DNA of 64,000 nucleotides from the sequence record OR786310.1; one strand, given 5' to 3'. How positions within the stretch are numbered: position 1 is the stretch's first letter; each line of letters opens with the position of its first letter. This DNA is from Escherichia phage ETEC-TG. A program made the position numbers and the translations under genes. Below, one piece after another: positions 8,426-17,486 of this stretch. The notes below the pieces were generated by a model. That model searched no databases, was not told where the DNA came from, and saw only the letters and a program-made list of their open reading frames with translations.

Positions 8426-8808
8426 AAACAGAAATCATTATTGAAATCATCAACGGCTATAAAGAAGCCTTTATTTTTGCTGAATCAGCAAGGGATCATG
8501 AAGGTAATTTTATTGATAACTTAGACTATTATGATTTTTCTCCTAGCGCGGACGAACGGATCACCCAGGATGTAACAGCCTTTATTAATGCTAATCTTGC
8601 CGCTATCTCTGAGGCAATGAGCGACGGCGCAACAGCCATCCAGATCGGGAGTGATTTACATTTTACCCGTAACGGTCACGGCATAGGCTTTTGGAATCGC
8701 CCTGAAATATACACCACTAACACGGCGGACCGCCTAACCAATGCAGCTAAGTTTATGCCGAACGTGTCGGCTTACATTGGTGAAGATAATTTGATTTATA
8801 TTGAATAA
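8422..8808 (+). CDS. hypothetical protein (128 aa)
   Basis: ORF overlapping upstream stop (ATGA). Confidence 0.5.
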   Translation: MKTEIIIEIINGYKEAFIFAESARDHEGNFIDNLDYYDFSPSADERITQDVTAFINANLAAISEAMSDGATAIQIGSDLHFTRNGHGIGFWNRPEIYTTNTADRLTNAAKFMPNVSAYIGEDNLIYIE

Positions 8809-8814
8809 AAAGTA

Positions 8815-8870
8815 TTGACACAGATCGCCAGTGTGCTAATATTTACCACGTAGGGCGGCAATGGTGCCGC
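8815..8870 (+). promoter_or_regulatory. PeSL-like cassette (TTGACA, 16 nt, TAATAT, hairpin GGGCGGCAATGGTGCCGC)
   Basis: Read from sequence. Confidence 0.6.
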
Positions 8871-8893
8871 TCCCCCGAAAAAGGTAAAACATT

Positions 8894-9085
8894 ATGAAAA
8901 CTATCAGCTACCTGGAATCGAATAACATGTTTTTTGCGCCCGTTGATGAAATCATCGAAGCATTAAACAACGAGGAAGGGATCAATGGTTTATCTTATAG
9001 CCAACTTTTAGGAATGGTTGCAGCAAATGCAGAGCTTGCTTACTATGTTGAAAATTTTGATGAAGCTGTAATCTTTACAAAATAA
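8894..9085 (+). CDS. hypothetical protein (63 aa)
   Basis: ORF after PeSL. Confidence 0.5.
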   Translation: MKTISYLESNNMFFAPVDEIIEALNNEEGINGLSYSQLLGMVAANAELAYYVENFDEAVIFTK

Positions 9086-9088
9086 TCC

Positions 9089-9145
9089 TTGATCTAATCT
9101 CTTAAATAACTTATATTTAATGCGTAGGGCGGCAATGGTGCCGCC
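9089..9145 (+). promoter_or_regulatory. PeSL-like cassette (TTGATC, 16-17 nt, TATATT, hairpin GGGCGGCAATGGTGCCGCC)
   Basis: Read from sequence. Confidence 0.5.
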
Positions 9146-9163
9146 GATAATGAGGAAAGTAAA

Positions 9164-9463
9164 ATGGAAACTATCGCTATTGTTACCGTAGAAAAACTGG
9201 TTGTTGGTGATGTATTCGCGTTAATGGTGCCTAACAGCAGCAAGCTGGGCGCTTATGAAGTAATGGATCATAAAAATGAATCATTTGGCGACGGTTGCAC
9301 AATGGCGGTAAAATCTTTAAAAGATGGAATCATCCGCCAGGCTAACTGGCACAAAGGGAATCAAGTCGGTTTAATATCAGCTAATTTCTTGCCAGAAGAG
9401 CAAACATTAGATCAACTATCAGGCGGTAAGACGTTAGCCGAACTACTGGAAACAGCGATCTAA
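9164..9463 (+). CDS. hypothetical protein (99 aa)
   Basis: ORF after PeSL. Confidence 0.5.
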   Translation: METIAIVTVEKLVVGDVFALMVPNSSKLGAYEVMDHKNESFGDGCTMAVKSLKDGIIRQANWHKGNQVGLISANFLPEEQTLDQLSGGKTLAELLETAI

Positions 9464-9518
9464 TCGACAAGGGGGCGGCAACGCCCCCCATTAAACGCAA
9501 TAGGAAGAGGATAGACAC

Positions 9519-9803
9519 ATGAAAAAGATGATCGCAGTAGTTGCCCTGGTTGTTGGTATTAACGCGCCTGTAATGGCGAAAGAGTTGCCAGAATCCATCA
9601 CGTTAACCGATATTAACGCCGTGAACCGGATCGGTGTTAATTATCGCCTATGCCTTGCCGCTAAAACTTTCCAGGACGGCACAACAGAGTACTACGGATT
9701 CGAGGGTGTCCGGTGCGGTGAGCTTGCACGCGACCTTAAGGAAGATCCAGACCTTGAGGCCATACCGATGACCGTAAACGGTAAAGCCCAGGTAAACCGC
9801 TAA
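9519..9803 (+). CDS. small secreted/periplasmic protein with N-terminal signal peptide (94 aa)
   Basis: MKKMIAVVALVVGINAPVMA hydrophobic leader; preceded by hairpin 9471-9489. Confidence 0.5.
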   Translation: MKKMIAVVALVVGINAPVMAKELPESITLTDINAVNRIGVNYRLCLAAKTFQDGTTEYYGFEGVRCGELARDLKEDPDLEAIPMTVNGKAQVNR

Positions 9804-9949
9804 CCATGAGAAAGGTAATCATCACAATGGGGATCGTAGTAGCAACGCTGGCGCTTATTCCCTTCCTGGTTGAATATGTGCTGATTAATGTTGTCCTGGT
9901 AGTCAGTGACCTATTGGAAACGGTTGGCAACTGGTTTTAAAAATAAATA

Positions 9950-9985
9950 AACAGGACTTGTTTTTGTCCTGTTTTTTGTTATACT
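9950..9985 (+). terminator. Rho-independent terminator (AACAGGAC...GTCCTGTT + T-run)
   Basis: Hairpin plus TTTTTTGTT. Confidence 0.6.
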
Positions 9986-10193
9986 TATTGAACGGGCGGC
10001 ACTTGGGAGCAGGTGAAGATAATCACCGGAAGATTCCGCTATATATCGATAGCTAATACCTATCAAACAACAAAACATCAAAGAGATAAACTATCAAATC
10101 TTTACAATCCTACATATTGACCGATAAATCACAACAGTTTAATATTGTTTTCAGAGGTTAAAATATTCCCCAAACGAAAACAGGAAAAAGAAA

Positions 10194-10430
10194 ATGAAAG
10201 AAGTCATGATCCTCAAAAAATCACCTATTTTACGTGGCGGTTTTATCGCTTACTCTGATGATCTGTTAATTGCAACAGTTGCAAAAATACTAAAATCAGA
10301 AGATGACAGTAAAAACGGCGTTTATCGTATCTGTTTCACCCGTGGAAAATTACAAGGTAAGATCGCTTATGCCTTTGACTTACAAGATGTAAACGATAAA
10401 ATATGCGCTGTTATTGATTATGCAAAATAG
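10194..10430 (+). CDS. hypothetical protein (78 aa)
   Basis: ORF with SD. Confidence 0.45.
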   Translation: MKEVMILKKSPILRGGFIAYSDDLLIATVAKILKSEDDSKNGVYRICFTRGKLQGKIAYAFDLQDVNDKICAVIDYAK

Positions 10431-10442
10431 TTAATTTTCTTA

Positions 10443-10471
10443 TTGACACCGGATCACGCTTGCATTATTAT
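10443..10471 (+). promoter_or_regulatory. Sigma70-like promoter (TTGACA, 17 nt, TATTAT) with weak downstream inverted repeat
   Basis: Read from sequence. Confidence 0.5.
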
Positions 10472-10520
10472 TTATCACGTAGGGCGAGCAATACAGCAAG
10501 CCCACAAAGAGGAAAATAAA

Positions 10521-10889
10521 ATGAGCAAATCAGCAATTAAAGCACTTGAAAAAGCACAAGAAGTGATCGCAACGTCCACCACTGGCGCAAAGGTTAATCT
10601 CGTTGGTTATCTGACAGATGAAACTATCCGTAAAAATTGGCGTAATGCTGATTTACTGGCTTGCTTATTGATTAATAGTGTCGCTAATGCTTTCCAGTGT
10701 GAAACAGCCGAGAGCCTGGAGGAAAACTTGTTTGATAATATGGATCAAGCCATTGAAACCTATATACAATCAAACCTGGATAGCTGGAACAGTAAAACAT
10801 GGCCCGACAATTTACGCGATACAACTGATCAACTGATCCGCCTTGCTGTGATGGTTGAACGCGATAACGTTTACAACAGCACAAAGTAA
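10521..10889 (+). CDS. hypothetical protein (122 aa)
   Basis: ORF; start moved to ATG 10521 after SD AAGAGGAAA. Confidence 0.5.
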   Translation: MSKSAIKALEKAQEVIATSTTGAKVNLVGYLTDETIRKNWRNADLLACLLINSVANAFQCETAESLEENLFDNMDQAIETYIQSNLDSWNSKTWPDNLRDTTDQLIRLAVMVERDNVYNSTK

Positions 10890-10899
10890 GATTATACAA

Positions 10900-10920
10900 G
10901 GGCGCACCAAGCGCCCTTTA
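10900..10920 (+). terminator. Terminator-like hairpin (AGGGCGCACCAAGCGCCCT), short T-run
   Basis: Identical to hairpins at 5503 and 11463. Confidence 0.45.
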
Positions 10921-11028
10921 ACGTAAAGAAATGTAAATAATGCGCTATCCCCTATTGACAGGGGATCGGCGTTATATTATATTTAACTCACTGGCAGCAA
11001 ACAACGAAACGAAACAAAGGATAACACT

Positions 11029-11448
11029 ATGAACATTAAATCAAATAATCCAGCTTACTCCTTCGATAACGCTTTTTGTCACGGTAGCGCCGCCAAAGGC
11101 TTCGAAATCGATGGTAAATTGGTTATCGTGAACGTTGACGGGGAAGAGGTTGCAGTGTATCCGGTAAACGATGTTAAAAGCCGTTTACAATGCCGTATGG
11201 ATGTTACCGCATATCAGCTTGATCCGATCCGTGTAGTTGCCCTGGTATTAGAGGAAGAGATCAAAGCAATGCATCACAGTAATAAGTTTATTGGTGACGC
11301 GCAGGATAATATGAACGTTTGCCGCCATAAAGTTAATGAAGCACTGAAAGAATGCGGTTTTAAGGATCTGATGATCAAACGTGATGAAAAATTCCGCTTT
11401 CGTAATGACCTGGCAAACCGGATCTACTCAATCTATGAAGCGTTATAA
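11029..11448 (+). CDS. hypothetical protein (139 aa)
   Basis: ORF with SD AAAGGA. Confidence 0.5.
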   Translation: MNIKSNNPAYSFDNAFCHGSAAKGFEIDGKLVIVNVDGEEVAVYPVNDVKSRLQCRMDVTAYQLDPIRVVALVLEEEIKAMHHSNKFIGDAQDNMNVCRHKVNEALKECGFKDLMIKRDEKFRFRNDLANRIYSIYEAL

Positions 11449-11462
11449 TTGACAACAAAACA

Positions 11463-11489
11463 AGGGCGCACCAAGCGCCCTTTCTTTTT
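11463..11489 (+). terminator. Rho-independent terminator (AGGGCGCACCAAGCGCCCT + TTTCTTTTT)
   Basis: Hairpin plus T-run. Confidence 0.65.
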
Positions 11490-11559
11490 GCCCGAACAAT
11501 GTTGATAGCTTTCGCCTATGAAAAACCGACACAGAACAAAATTGAATAAATCGCGGTAT

Positions 11560-12060
11560 CGAGCTAATCAACCATTAAACGAATAACCATACACCCCAGG
11601 GCAACAGGCTGTTAGAGAGCTATTTATAGCGGTTAAAATCGATCAACAACCAACAACAAACCATCAAAAACATCCTTTTACCTCCTTTCTAGTGCAATGA
11701 TAACCATTATCATCTATACATGATTATATATGCAATGTAAGCGCATAATTATAATGTTGATAACAGTTCGCAACAACTAACCAACAAACAACATAAAACA
11801 ATAAGCAAACTAATCATAATCAAAGGAATAATAGCAAGATGATTGATAACAACAAACAATCAAACCATAATGAATACTAAGCAAGATAACGATAACACGA
11901 CAAAACAACCAACTAACGAACAATAACAAACGAAACCATTAAAATAATAACTATTAGCAAAATAGTGTCTGAATGAAATCATTACAAAACGAATCATTCC
12001 CAGGATCATCATTAGCACGCTATGCCGGACACATAGCGAGCTAATAATAAGCCAACTACA
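11560..12060. other. Non-coding A+C-skewed tract (CAACAA/AACAAA-rich plus strand, very little G/T)
   Basis: Strand compositional asymmetry seen directly; no ORF with SD. Confidence 0.5.
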
Positions 12061-12108
12061 CCCCAACAATCATAACCATCGGTGACGGTTATTTCTTGTT
12101 ATTGCGTA

Positions 12109-12138
12109 GCTTGCAATAATTGCAAGCGTAATGACGCT
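12109..12138. repeat. 19-bp perfect palindrome GCTTGCAATAATTGCAAGC followed by inverted repeat AGCGTAATGACGCT
   Basis: Read from sequence. Confidence 0.55.
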
Positions 12139-12454
12139 TACACTTATTGCGCTGGCTTATTATTAGCATTATATGTAATTACCAAGATCATAACATTAGC
12201 GCAATAACAATAATCATTGTAATGGTTACAATATGAAATCATTAGCATGGCAATAATTATTGGGGGCAATGGGAGGATGATTATCATCATTCCGATACAT
12301 TGCACACTATGCACATAATAGAATAAAAGTCAATAATTTTGGGGGCGAAATGTTACCGCCACGGGCGGGAATGTTGAGCATCTTCTCTTAAACGTAAATA
12401 AAATCAGAAAATTCTTGATTTATTCTGGCTTTTATGTTAATAAACGTTTAAATA

Positions 12455-12653
12455 ATAATCATTCTCATATGAATAATAGTCTGCTTGTCATGAGCGGCAT
12501 TAGTTGACATTGTTCCGTCATATGATGAAGTTGCCAAACCATTGATAAATAAGTGTTTGTGTGATTTATAATCAAGTGGTCCACCTTGTCGCTATGTTGG
12601 CATGAGCCTTGCATAAGTCATTGAATACGAATGATAATTATTCTCATTCTCAT
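12455..12653. promoter_or_regulatory. Fur-box-like motifs (12455-12468 ATAATCATTCTCAT; 12634-12653 ATAATTATTCTCATTCTCAT)
   Basis: Same 14-mer as 363-376; resembles Fur box consensus. Confidence 0.35.
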
Positions 12654-12989
12654 GATATTTGGGAATTGTCGCTGCGTGGACCTGACGGCCCGAAAATTCG
12701 CGTTAAGCACTTCTTACGTATACGCCATGATTTTTGCCATATCATATTGATTCTATTAGATATTCTTGCCATGATTGCCATGAAACAGGGTGTCCCGAAA
12801 TAATCTCTCCCCGTAGATATTTTGGGTTACTTTTTATACAAGAGTGGGGTGTCAAAAATAATCGGTATATATAGGATAATTGATAGGAATCCCCTATGAT
12901 AATTCGATTGTAATTCCTTAAGATTGATCGTATGATGTTGGTGATTGATGATTGCCATGAAAGATGGCTAACGATGAGAGGAGATTATC

Positions 12990-13334
12990 ATGCAAGAGAG
13001 TAAAAATGTTCCGTTGAGTAGTTTACGTCTAATGAAGTTTTACAAAGCTTGGCTTGCTGGTGAGGTAGAAGGTCACACAACGAGTGGTTTGTGTATATGT
13101 TTGATTAAGTATGTAGAGGGAACATACCCTGATGAACTGTTACCTCGTCTACAACAGGAGATGAAATCACAGTTTATTAGTGCAGGACTAGATTACAATT
13201 TCCCGTTTAATGAAGGTGGTTATGAGGAATACACCTTCGAACATAAAAAACATATTTGCCATAAAAACAAACATCGTATACAATGGGTGTTAGATAGAAT
13301 TCAGGATTATGAAGGAGAGAAAAATGACAAATAG
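12990..13334 (+). CDS. paralog family A member 1 (FYxxW / GLCxCL / PFN / RxxWVxDR motifs)
   Basis: ORF with SD GAGAGGAG; motifs shared with six other ORFs. Confidence 0.6.
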   Translation: MQESKNVPLSSLRLMKFYKAWLAGEVEGHTTSGLCICLIKYVEGTYPDELLPRLQQEMKSQFISAGLDYNFPFNEGGYEEYTFEHKKHICHKNKHRIQWVLDRIQDYEGEKNDK

Positions 13335-13692
13335 TATTCCGTTGAGCAGTGCAACATTGCTTCGCTTCTACAAAGCATGGATTGCCAACTATCCTGCAAT
13401 GAATCGCACAACGAGTGGCTTATGCGGTTGTCTGGTAGATTATGTAGATGATTTTGTTGGTGAGACAACTAGAGAAGAAGATAGAAGATGGCGTGATCAT
13501 TTGTTAGATCGTTTGAAATATGAAATGAGGAAACAATTTACATGTGCAGGGTTGGACTACAATCTTCCGTTCAATGCGGATTGCATGGATTACCTTTCAG
13601 AGTGTATAAACTTGGCGTGTCATACCAACACGTTACGTCTTCAATGGGTGAAAGATCGCATTGAAGATGCAAATAATGCTTGCATTGAATAA
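13324..13692 (+). CDS. paralog family A member 2
   Basis: ORF; ATG 13324 after SD AAGGAGAG; shared motifs. Confidence 0.6.
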   Translation: MTNSIPLSSATLLRFYKAWIANYPAMNRTTSGLCGCLVDYVDDFVGETTREEDRRWRDHLLDRLKYEMRKQFTCAGLDYNLPFNADCMDYLSECINLACHTNTLRLQWVKDRIEDANNACIE

Positions 13693-13751
13693 AAATGTCT
13701 GTATGATAGTTTGCATACCGCGCATAACAGATAGCCAATGAGGAGATTGAA

Positions 13752-13961
13752 ATGTCAAATATGAAAACTGTATCCTTGTATTTAGCTAACACTGATCGTG
13801 TGCACACCCTTGCTAATGCAAGTCGTGTACTCGTGCAGTTCCGAAACTTTAAGCCGTCCGTTGTGACAGGCAGTGAAACGTGTGTGATCGATTTCATCAA
13901 TGAATATTTCCACGGGAATCCTGTTGCTCGTCACTTCGTGGAGAATATGAAAGATGCATAA
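13752..13961 (+). CDS. hypothetical protein (69 aa)
   Basis: ORF with SD GAGGAGA. Confidence 0.45.
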   Translation: MSNMKTVSLYLANTDRVHTLANASRVLVQFRNFKPSVVTGSETCVIDFINEYFHGNPVARHFVENMKDA

Positions 13962-14184
13962 CATGAAACGTATGAAAATTCGTATTGAGAATGATGGTGG
14001 TTATAAAGGATTGGCACATGCAAAATTTCCACTTGTGTTGGAAGCTACAGTGGAATACAGTGGGCTTGCTCATGTGCGATTCTCGAAGATGATGGAAGTG
14101 CAGGAGTGGTTTTGGGACGAGATAGATGCACGAGAAGGGGAAGATTATGTTTTCTTTCCTCACGAATATGAAATTGTCTATTAA
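13954..14184 (+). CDS. hypothetical protein (76 aa)
   Basis: ORF in co-directional block. Confidence 0.4.
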   Translation: MHNMKRMKIRIENDGGYKGLAHAKFPLVLEATVEYSGLAHVRFSKMMEVQEWFWDEIDAREGEDYVFFPHEYEIVY

Positions 14185-14196
14185 AGGTTGTGTGCA

Positions 14197-14436
14197 ATGA
14201 TCACACCACAACAGAACGAAGCAGCAATGGATCTTCTTGACAGTTTGTATTTCGATAATTGGTACTCTGAATGTGAATGGATGAATGTGCAAACTCTGAA
14301 AGAGAAGACGGAAGCGTTGATTACAGTAGATCAATTTCTTGCAGAGACAGAAAGAATGAATTATGATATGGCATCTCGCGCACGACGCGTTTCCATTTTC
14401 AATAAAATGTTAGCATTATGGGGAGGTAGAAAATGA
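14197..14436 (+). CDS. hypothetical protein (79 aa)
   Basis: ORF; ATG 14197. Confidence 0.45.
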   Translation: MITPQQNEAAMDLLDSLYFDNWYSECEWMNVQTLKEKTEALITVDQFLAETERMNYDMASRARRVSIFNKMLALWGGRK

Positions 14437-14894
14437 GACAATTCACTATACTGGCAGCTTATGTGCAATGTGTTCACGATTATGTTAGTGCTCATACAGG
14501 TTTGCTGGAAGTTACCAGTAAAATTGAAGGTAATATGGGTACTGTCTGTGTGCAACATACTTTATCCAATGTGCCGTTTAAAGTGTTCACTGTTGTAGCT
14601 GCCGATTACAATCGTGTAGATGTGCGTTTCTTGGATCATAATTTTCGTAACGCACTAGATAATATCGAAGATTATCTTCCCGTGAAACCTTTGTCATTTC
14701 CACCGAGTTGTGCAAATAATGTAGTGACAAACCTTAATGAAAGGAATGTGGCTATGCACAAAAAAGTCCGTCAACTGAAAACGCTGATGGAAATGCAAGA
14801 AGAGATTGAAAAAGAACTAAAAGAAGATTTTGGTATGCTTCCAAAAGACGCTTTGAAATGGTATGATGAACTAGGAGGAGAAAGTTATGAATAA
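14433..14894 (+). CDS. hypothetical protein (153 aa)
   Basis: ORF with SD GGGGAGG. Confidence 0.5.
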   Translation: MRQFTILAAYVQCVHDYVSAHTGLLEVTSKIEGNMGTVCVQHTLSNVPFKVFTVVAADYNRVDVRFLDHNFRNALDNIEDYLPVKPLSFPPSCANNVVTNLNERNVAMHKKVRQLKTLMEMQEEIEKELKEDFGMLPKDALKWYDELGGESYE

Positions 14895-15081
14895 AGAAAC
14901 TACTGTATATTTAGTGACTAAGAACACCCCAGGCTGGAGCCAATGCAGTACTGTTCCTTACAAGATCTGTGCAACATTAGAACTAGCACAACGTGCAGAA
15001 GCAGAAGTTGATGCTATGCGATACAGCTACGGTGAAATCATTCCTTTTACTCTTGAACAAGAAGGAGCACATCGTGTTTAA
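14887..15081 (+). CDS. hypothetical protein (64 aa)
   Basis: ORF with SD GGAGGAG. Confidence 0.45.
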   Translation: MNKETTVYLVTKNTPGWSQCSTVPYKICATLELAQRAEAEVDAMRYSYGEIIPFTLEQEGAHRV

Positions 15082-15529
15082 AGTAGGGTTTACTTATAAA
15101 TTCAAAAGCGTTGCTGACCAAGGAGCTATGGCAACACAGGACAAAGCAAATATTGCTGTTTGCCAAGCGATTGGAAACGAAGTTTTCAAAGTTATGAATA
15201 CAGATGATAAGTATGGTCATGTTCTTGAGTTTTATACCAATGGTACCCTTTATACAGCAGGTGTTACCCCAGGGTTTAATTCGTATACTTATTTGATTGA
15301 TAACGAAGAATTTAAATATTTTGAAGAAGTAAAGGAGGAAACAATGGGTAAAGCAGAACCACAATGGCATGTTGTGATCGTAGGATCAGAGTGTGTAGAT
15401 GTTTGTTCTAGTTTTGAAAAAGCTTCTGAAGTCGCTACAAAAGCTAAGAAGGATTATCCGTCGAAGACGGTTGAGATTTACGCTCGTGTTGCAGTAGCAA
15501 ACGCCACAATCACTATTGATAAGGAGTAA
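15074..15529 (+). CDS. paralog family C member (N-terminus MFKVGFTYKF), likely GTG start
   Basis: SD GAAGGAG then GTG; N-terminus and C-terminal domain resemble ORFs 15535 and 16003. Confidence 0.45.
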   Translation: MFKVGFTYKFKSVADQGAMATQDKANIAVCQAIGNEVFKVMNTDDKYGHVLEFYTNGTLYTAGVTPGFNSYTYLIDNEEFKYFEEVKEETMGKAEPQWHVVIVGSECVDVCSSFEKASEVATKAKKDYPSKTVEIYARVAVANATITIDKE

Positions 15530-15534
15530 AGCCA

Positions 15535-15990
15535 ATGTTCAAAGAAGGTCATGTCTACCGTTTCCAGGATGAAGATTATATGCGATTATATTCTACCTTT
15601 GATAACAGTATGGCTGCTATCATTGGAGAGAATTTTTTCGAGGTGTTGAGCACTGATGCAAATGGTAATATCTTGTCAATTGTTGTGATAGGGAGAGACG
15701 GTATTATCACTGCTAGTGATGGGGATCGTTACATAATCAATTCTGCTCATATAGATTATTTTGTTGACGGTGGTATTCGTGGTAGTCGTGGAAAACCCCA
15801 AGAAGAACCTGTTGATACAACAAAAGAAGAGTGGTATGTTGTAATGACTGATGACACCTGTATTTCTGGATTTGAAAGTTATGAAGAAGCTTTGAAAGAA
15901 GCAGCAGAGCATAAAATGGCTAATCCTACAGAAGAGGTTGAAGTTTATAAACGTTTGGTTGTTGCTACCATTGGCGTATCTTTTGTTTAA
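15535..15990 (+). CDS. paralog family C member (N-terminus MFKEGHVYRF)
   Basis: ORF with SD AAGGAG; C-terminal domain similar to 15074 ORF. Confidence 0.5.
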   Translation: MFKEGHVYRFQDEDYMRLYSTFDNSMAAIIGENFFEVLSTDANGNILSIVVIGRDGIITASDGDRYIINSAHIDYFVDGGIRGSRGKPQEEPVDTTKEEWYVVMTDDTCISGFESYEEALKEAAEHKMANPTEEVEVYKRLVVATIGVSFV

Positions 15991-16002
15991 AAGGTGAATG
16001 TT

Positions 16003-16440
16003 ATGTTTAAAGTTAATGCTGTTTACTGTTTCAAAAGTAAAGCTGCATGTGAAGCTTTCTCTATGATCTCTGATGAAAATTTAAAAATGGCAGCTTTGAT
16101 TGAAGGGTCTTGTTTCCGCGTCGAAGATGTTAGTGAATCAGGGTCTGTTTGCTCATTGACTTTATTGGACAGCGGGGATATTATTGAAGCTGGACAGTAT
16201 CCGTTCAGGAGTTGGGAGATATTGTTAGCTCGCGGAGAGCGTAACTTTTTTATGTGCGTGTCTGCGGGGGAAGTTGTGAAAGAAACTAAGGATGTTTCTG
16301 TTTACAATTCTGAATTTATAAGTTATAGTGAGTATCAACATCTGGAAGGCATTGTTGGTCACTTGTTATCTCTGATTGACATTGAATGTGACTTGCCTGA
16401 ATCATTGAAAGAAGAGTTGAAAGCATTAGATCTGCTGTAA
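16003..16440 (+). CDS. paralog family C member (N-terminus MFKVNAVYCF)
   Basis: ORF with SD AAGGTG. Confidence 0.5.
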   Translation: MFKVNAVYCFKSKAACEAFSMISDENLKMAALIEGSCFRVEDVSESGSVCSLTLLDSGDIIEAGQYPFRSWEILLARGERNFFMCVSAGEVVKETKDVSVYNSEFISYSEYQHLEGIVGHLLSLIDIECDLPESLKEELKALDLL

Positions 16441-16467
16441 TGTTTCGCACAACGAAAGGAGAATAAG

Positions 16468-16767
16468 ATGAATCTGACCGAACAGTTACGCCGTATTGCA
16501 AAAGAAGCTTCCTTCAACTTCCCTGTTGAAGAAGTGATCGAGACATGTTTTGCTGAAGCACGAGCGGGAAACTCTTCAAGAAATTTCACGCCATCCGATT
16601 TTGGTCTGAATAATTCTCCCACCCACCCAGAGCAGATCTACAATCAGGTGAAGTGGATGGATGAAGCAGTAGCAATTCTTCGTGAGCGTGGGCTTATTGT
16701 TTATAAAGAAATGGATCTGAACGGGGCATACGAGTGGATCACTATTGATTGGTCCGAGGTGAAATGA
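16468..16767 (+). CDS. hypothetical protein (99 aa)
   Basis: ORF with SD AAGGAGA. Confidence 0.5.
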   Translation: MNLTEQLRRIAKEASFNFPVEEVIETCFAEARAGNSSRNFTPSDFGLNNSPTHPEQIYNQVKWMDEAVAILRERGLIVYKEMDLNGAYEWITIDWSEVK

Positions 16768-17000
16768 TGAAAGGTAACAAGATGAAAGTTAATCAAGTGC
16801 CGAGCGCATACACTTTGTGGCTTGCGCGAGCATTACACCAGACGATCAAAAACCCTAAGAAGCCAATGAAGAGCGGGAAGAAGTTTATGTCTAAGGGCAA
16901 AACAACCTTTGGCTTCACTCGTATGTCTGTTAAGATGAAAAGACTGGGGTACAAGCCAAACTACGCTCGTTACCCTTCTGAATACAACTGGTTTGACTAA
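16764..17000 (+). CDS. small basic hypothetical protein (78 aa)
   Basis: ORF with SD GAGGTGA. Confidence 0.45.
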   Translation: MMKGNKMKVNQVPSAYTLWLARALHQTIKNPKKPMKSGKKFMSKGKTTFGFTRMSVKMKRLGYKPNYARYPSEYNWFD

Positions 17001-17012
17001 AAGGAAAAAGCA

Positions 17013-17486
17013 ATGGCAGGTTTGAAACTGGAGATGTTGACAAAGCAAGAATTTGTTCCCGAACACGGTGAAACTTACATTGCTTTCTTGATTAGTGATT
17101 TTTATGGGGATTTAGAGTATGTTGAACTGGAGTGTGAGTTTCACTACCAAATGATCGACGCAGAAACTGGTTATTGTCTGGGTACGTCTGCGGTGTATAA
17201 TGGTGATAATGGCATTCCTTTTCATACCCCAATGAGGTACGAAGCGAAAAACCGATTCAAACTTCTCACAGAAGAAGAAAAAGAGACATATAAATATCAC
17301 GAAGAGGAGGATCAACGCTTCTGGTGGGAGAAAACTTGGTTCCTGTCTGATCGCCGTAATCTTCAGATTCACCCAGAAGAACTGGATGAAATGTCTATTG
17401 GCATTATGAAGAAGAAAGACTTCATGTTCCAGGTGAGAGAGGCTGATAAGCTCCGTATTGCAATTAAAGAGGAGAACAAAACATGA
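17013..17486 (+). CDS. hypothetical protein (157 aa)
   Basis: ORF with SD. Confidence 0.5.
   Translation: MAGLKLEMLTKQEFVPEHGETYIAFLISDFYGDLEYVELECEFHYQMIDAETGYCLGTSAVYNGDNGIPFHTPMRYEAKNRFKLLTEEEKETYKYHEEEDQRFWWEKTWFLSDRRNLQIHPEELDEMSIGIMKKKDFMFQVREADKLRIAIKEENKT

Noticed and set aside
996..9145. Possible CRISPR array suggested by the recurring GGGCGG...CCGCC hairpin repeats
   Set aside because: The repeats are 300-500 bp apart rather than in a tight repeat-spacer lattice, each sits behind a -35/-10 promoter and ahead of an SD and ORF, and repeat sequences vary. They are promoter/stem-loop cassettes, not a CRISPR array.
12609..12803. ORF 12609-12803 (64 aa) inside the non-coding region
   Set aside because: No SD, low-complexity product, and it overlaps the Fur-box-like motifs; likely spurious.
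11450..12990. tRNA genes in the large non-coding region
   Set aside because: No GGTTCGAATCC-like T-loop or cloverleaf-compatible segment was seen by eye. This is not a rigorous scan, so tRNAscan should be run.
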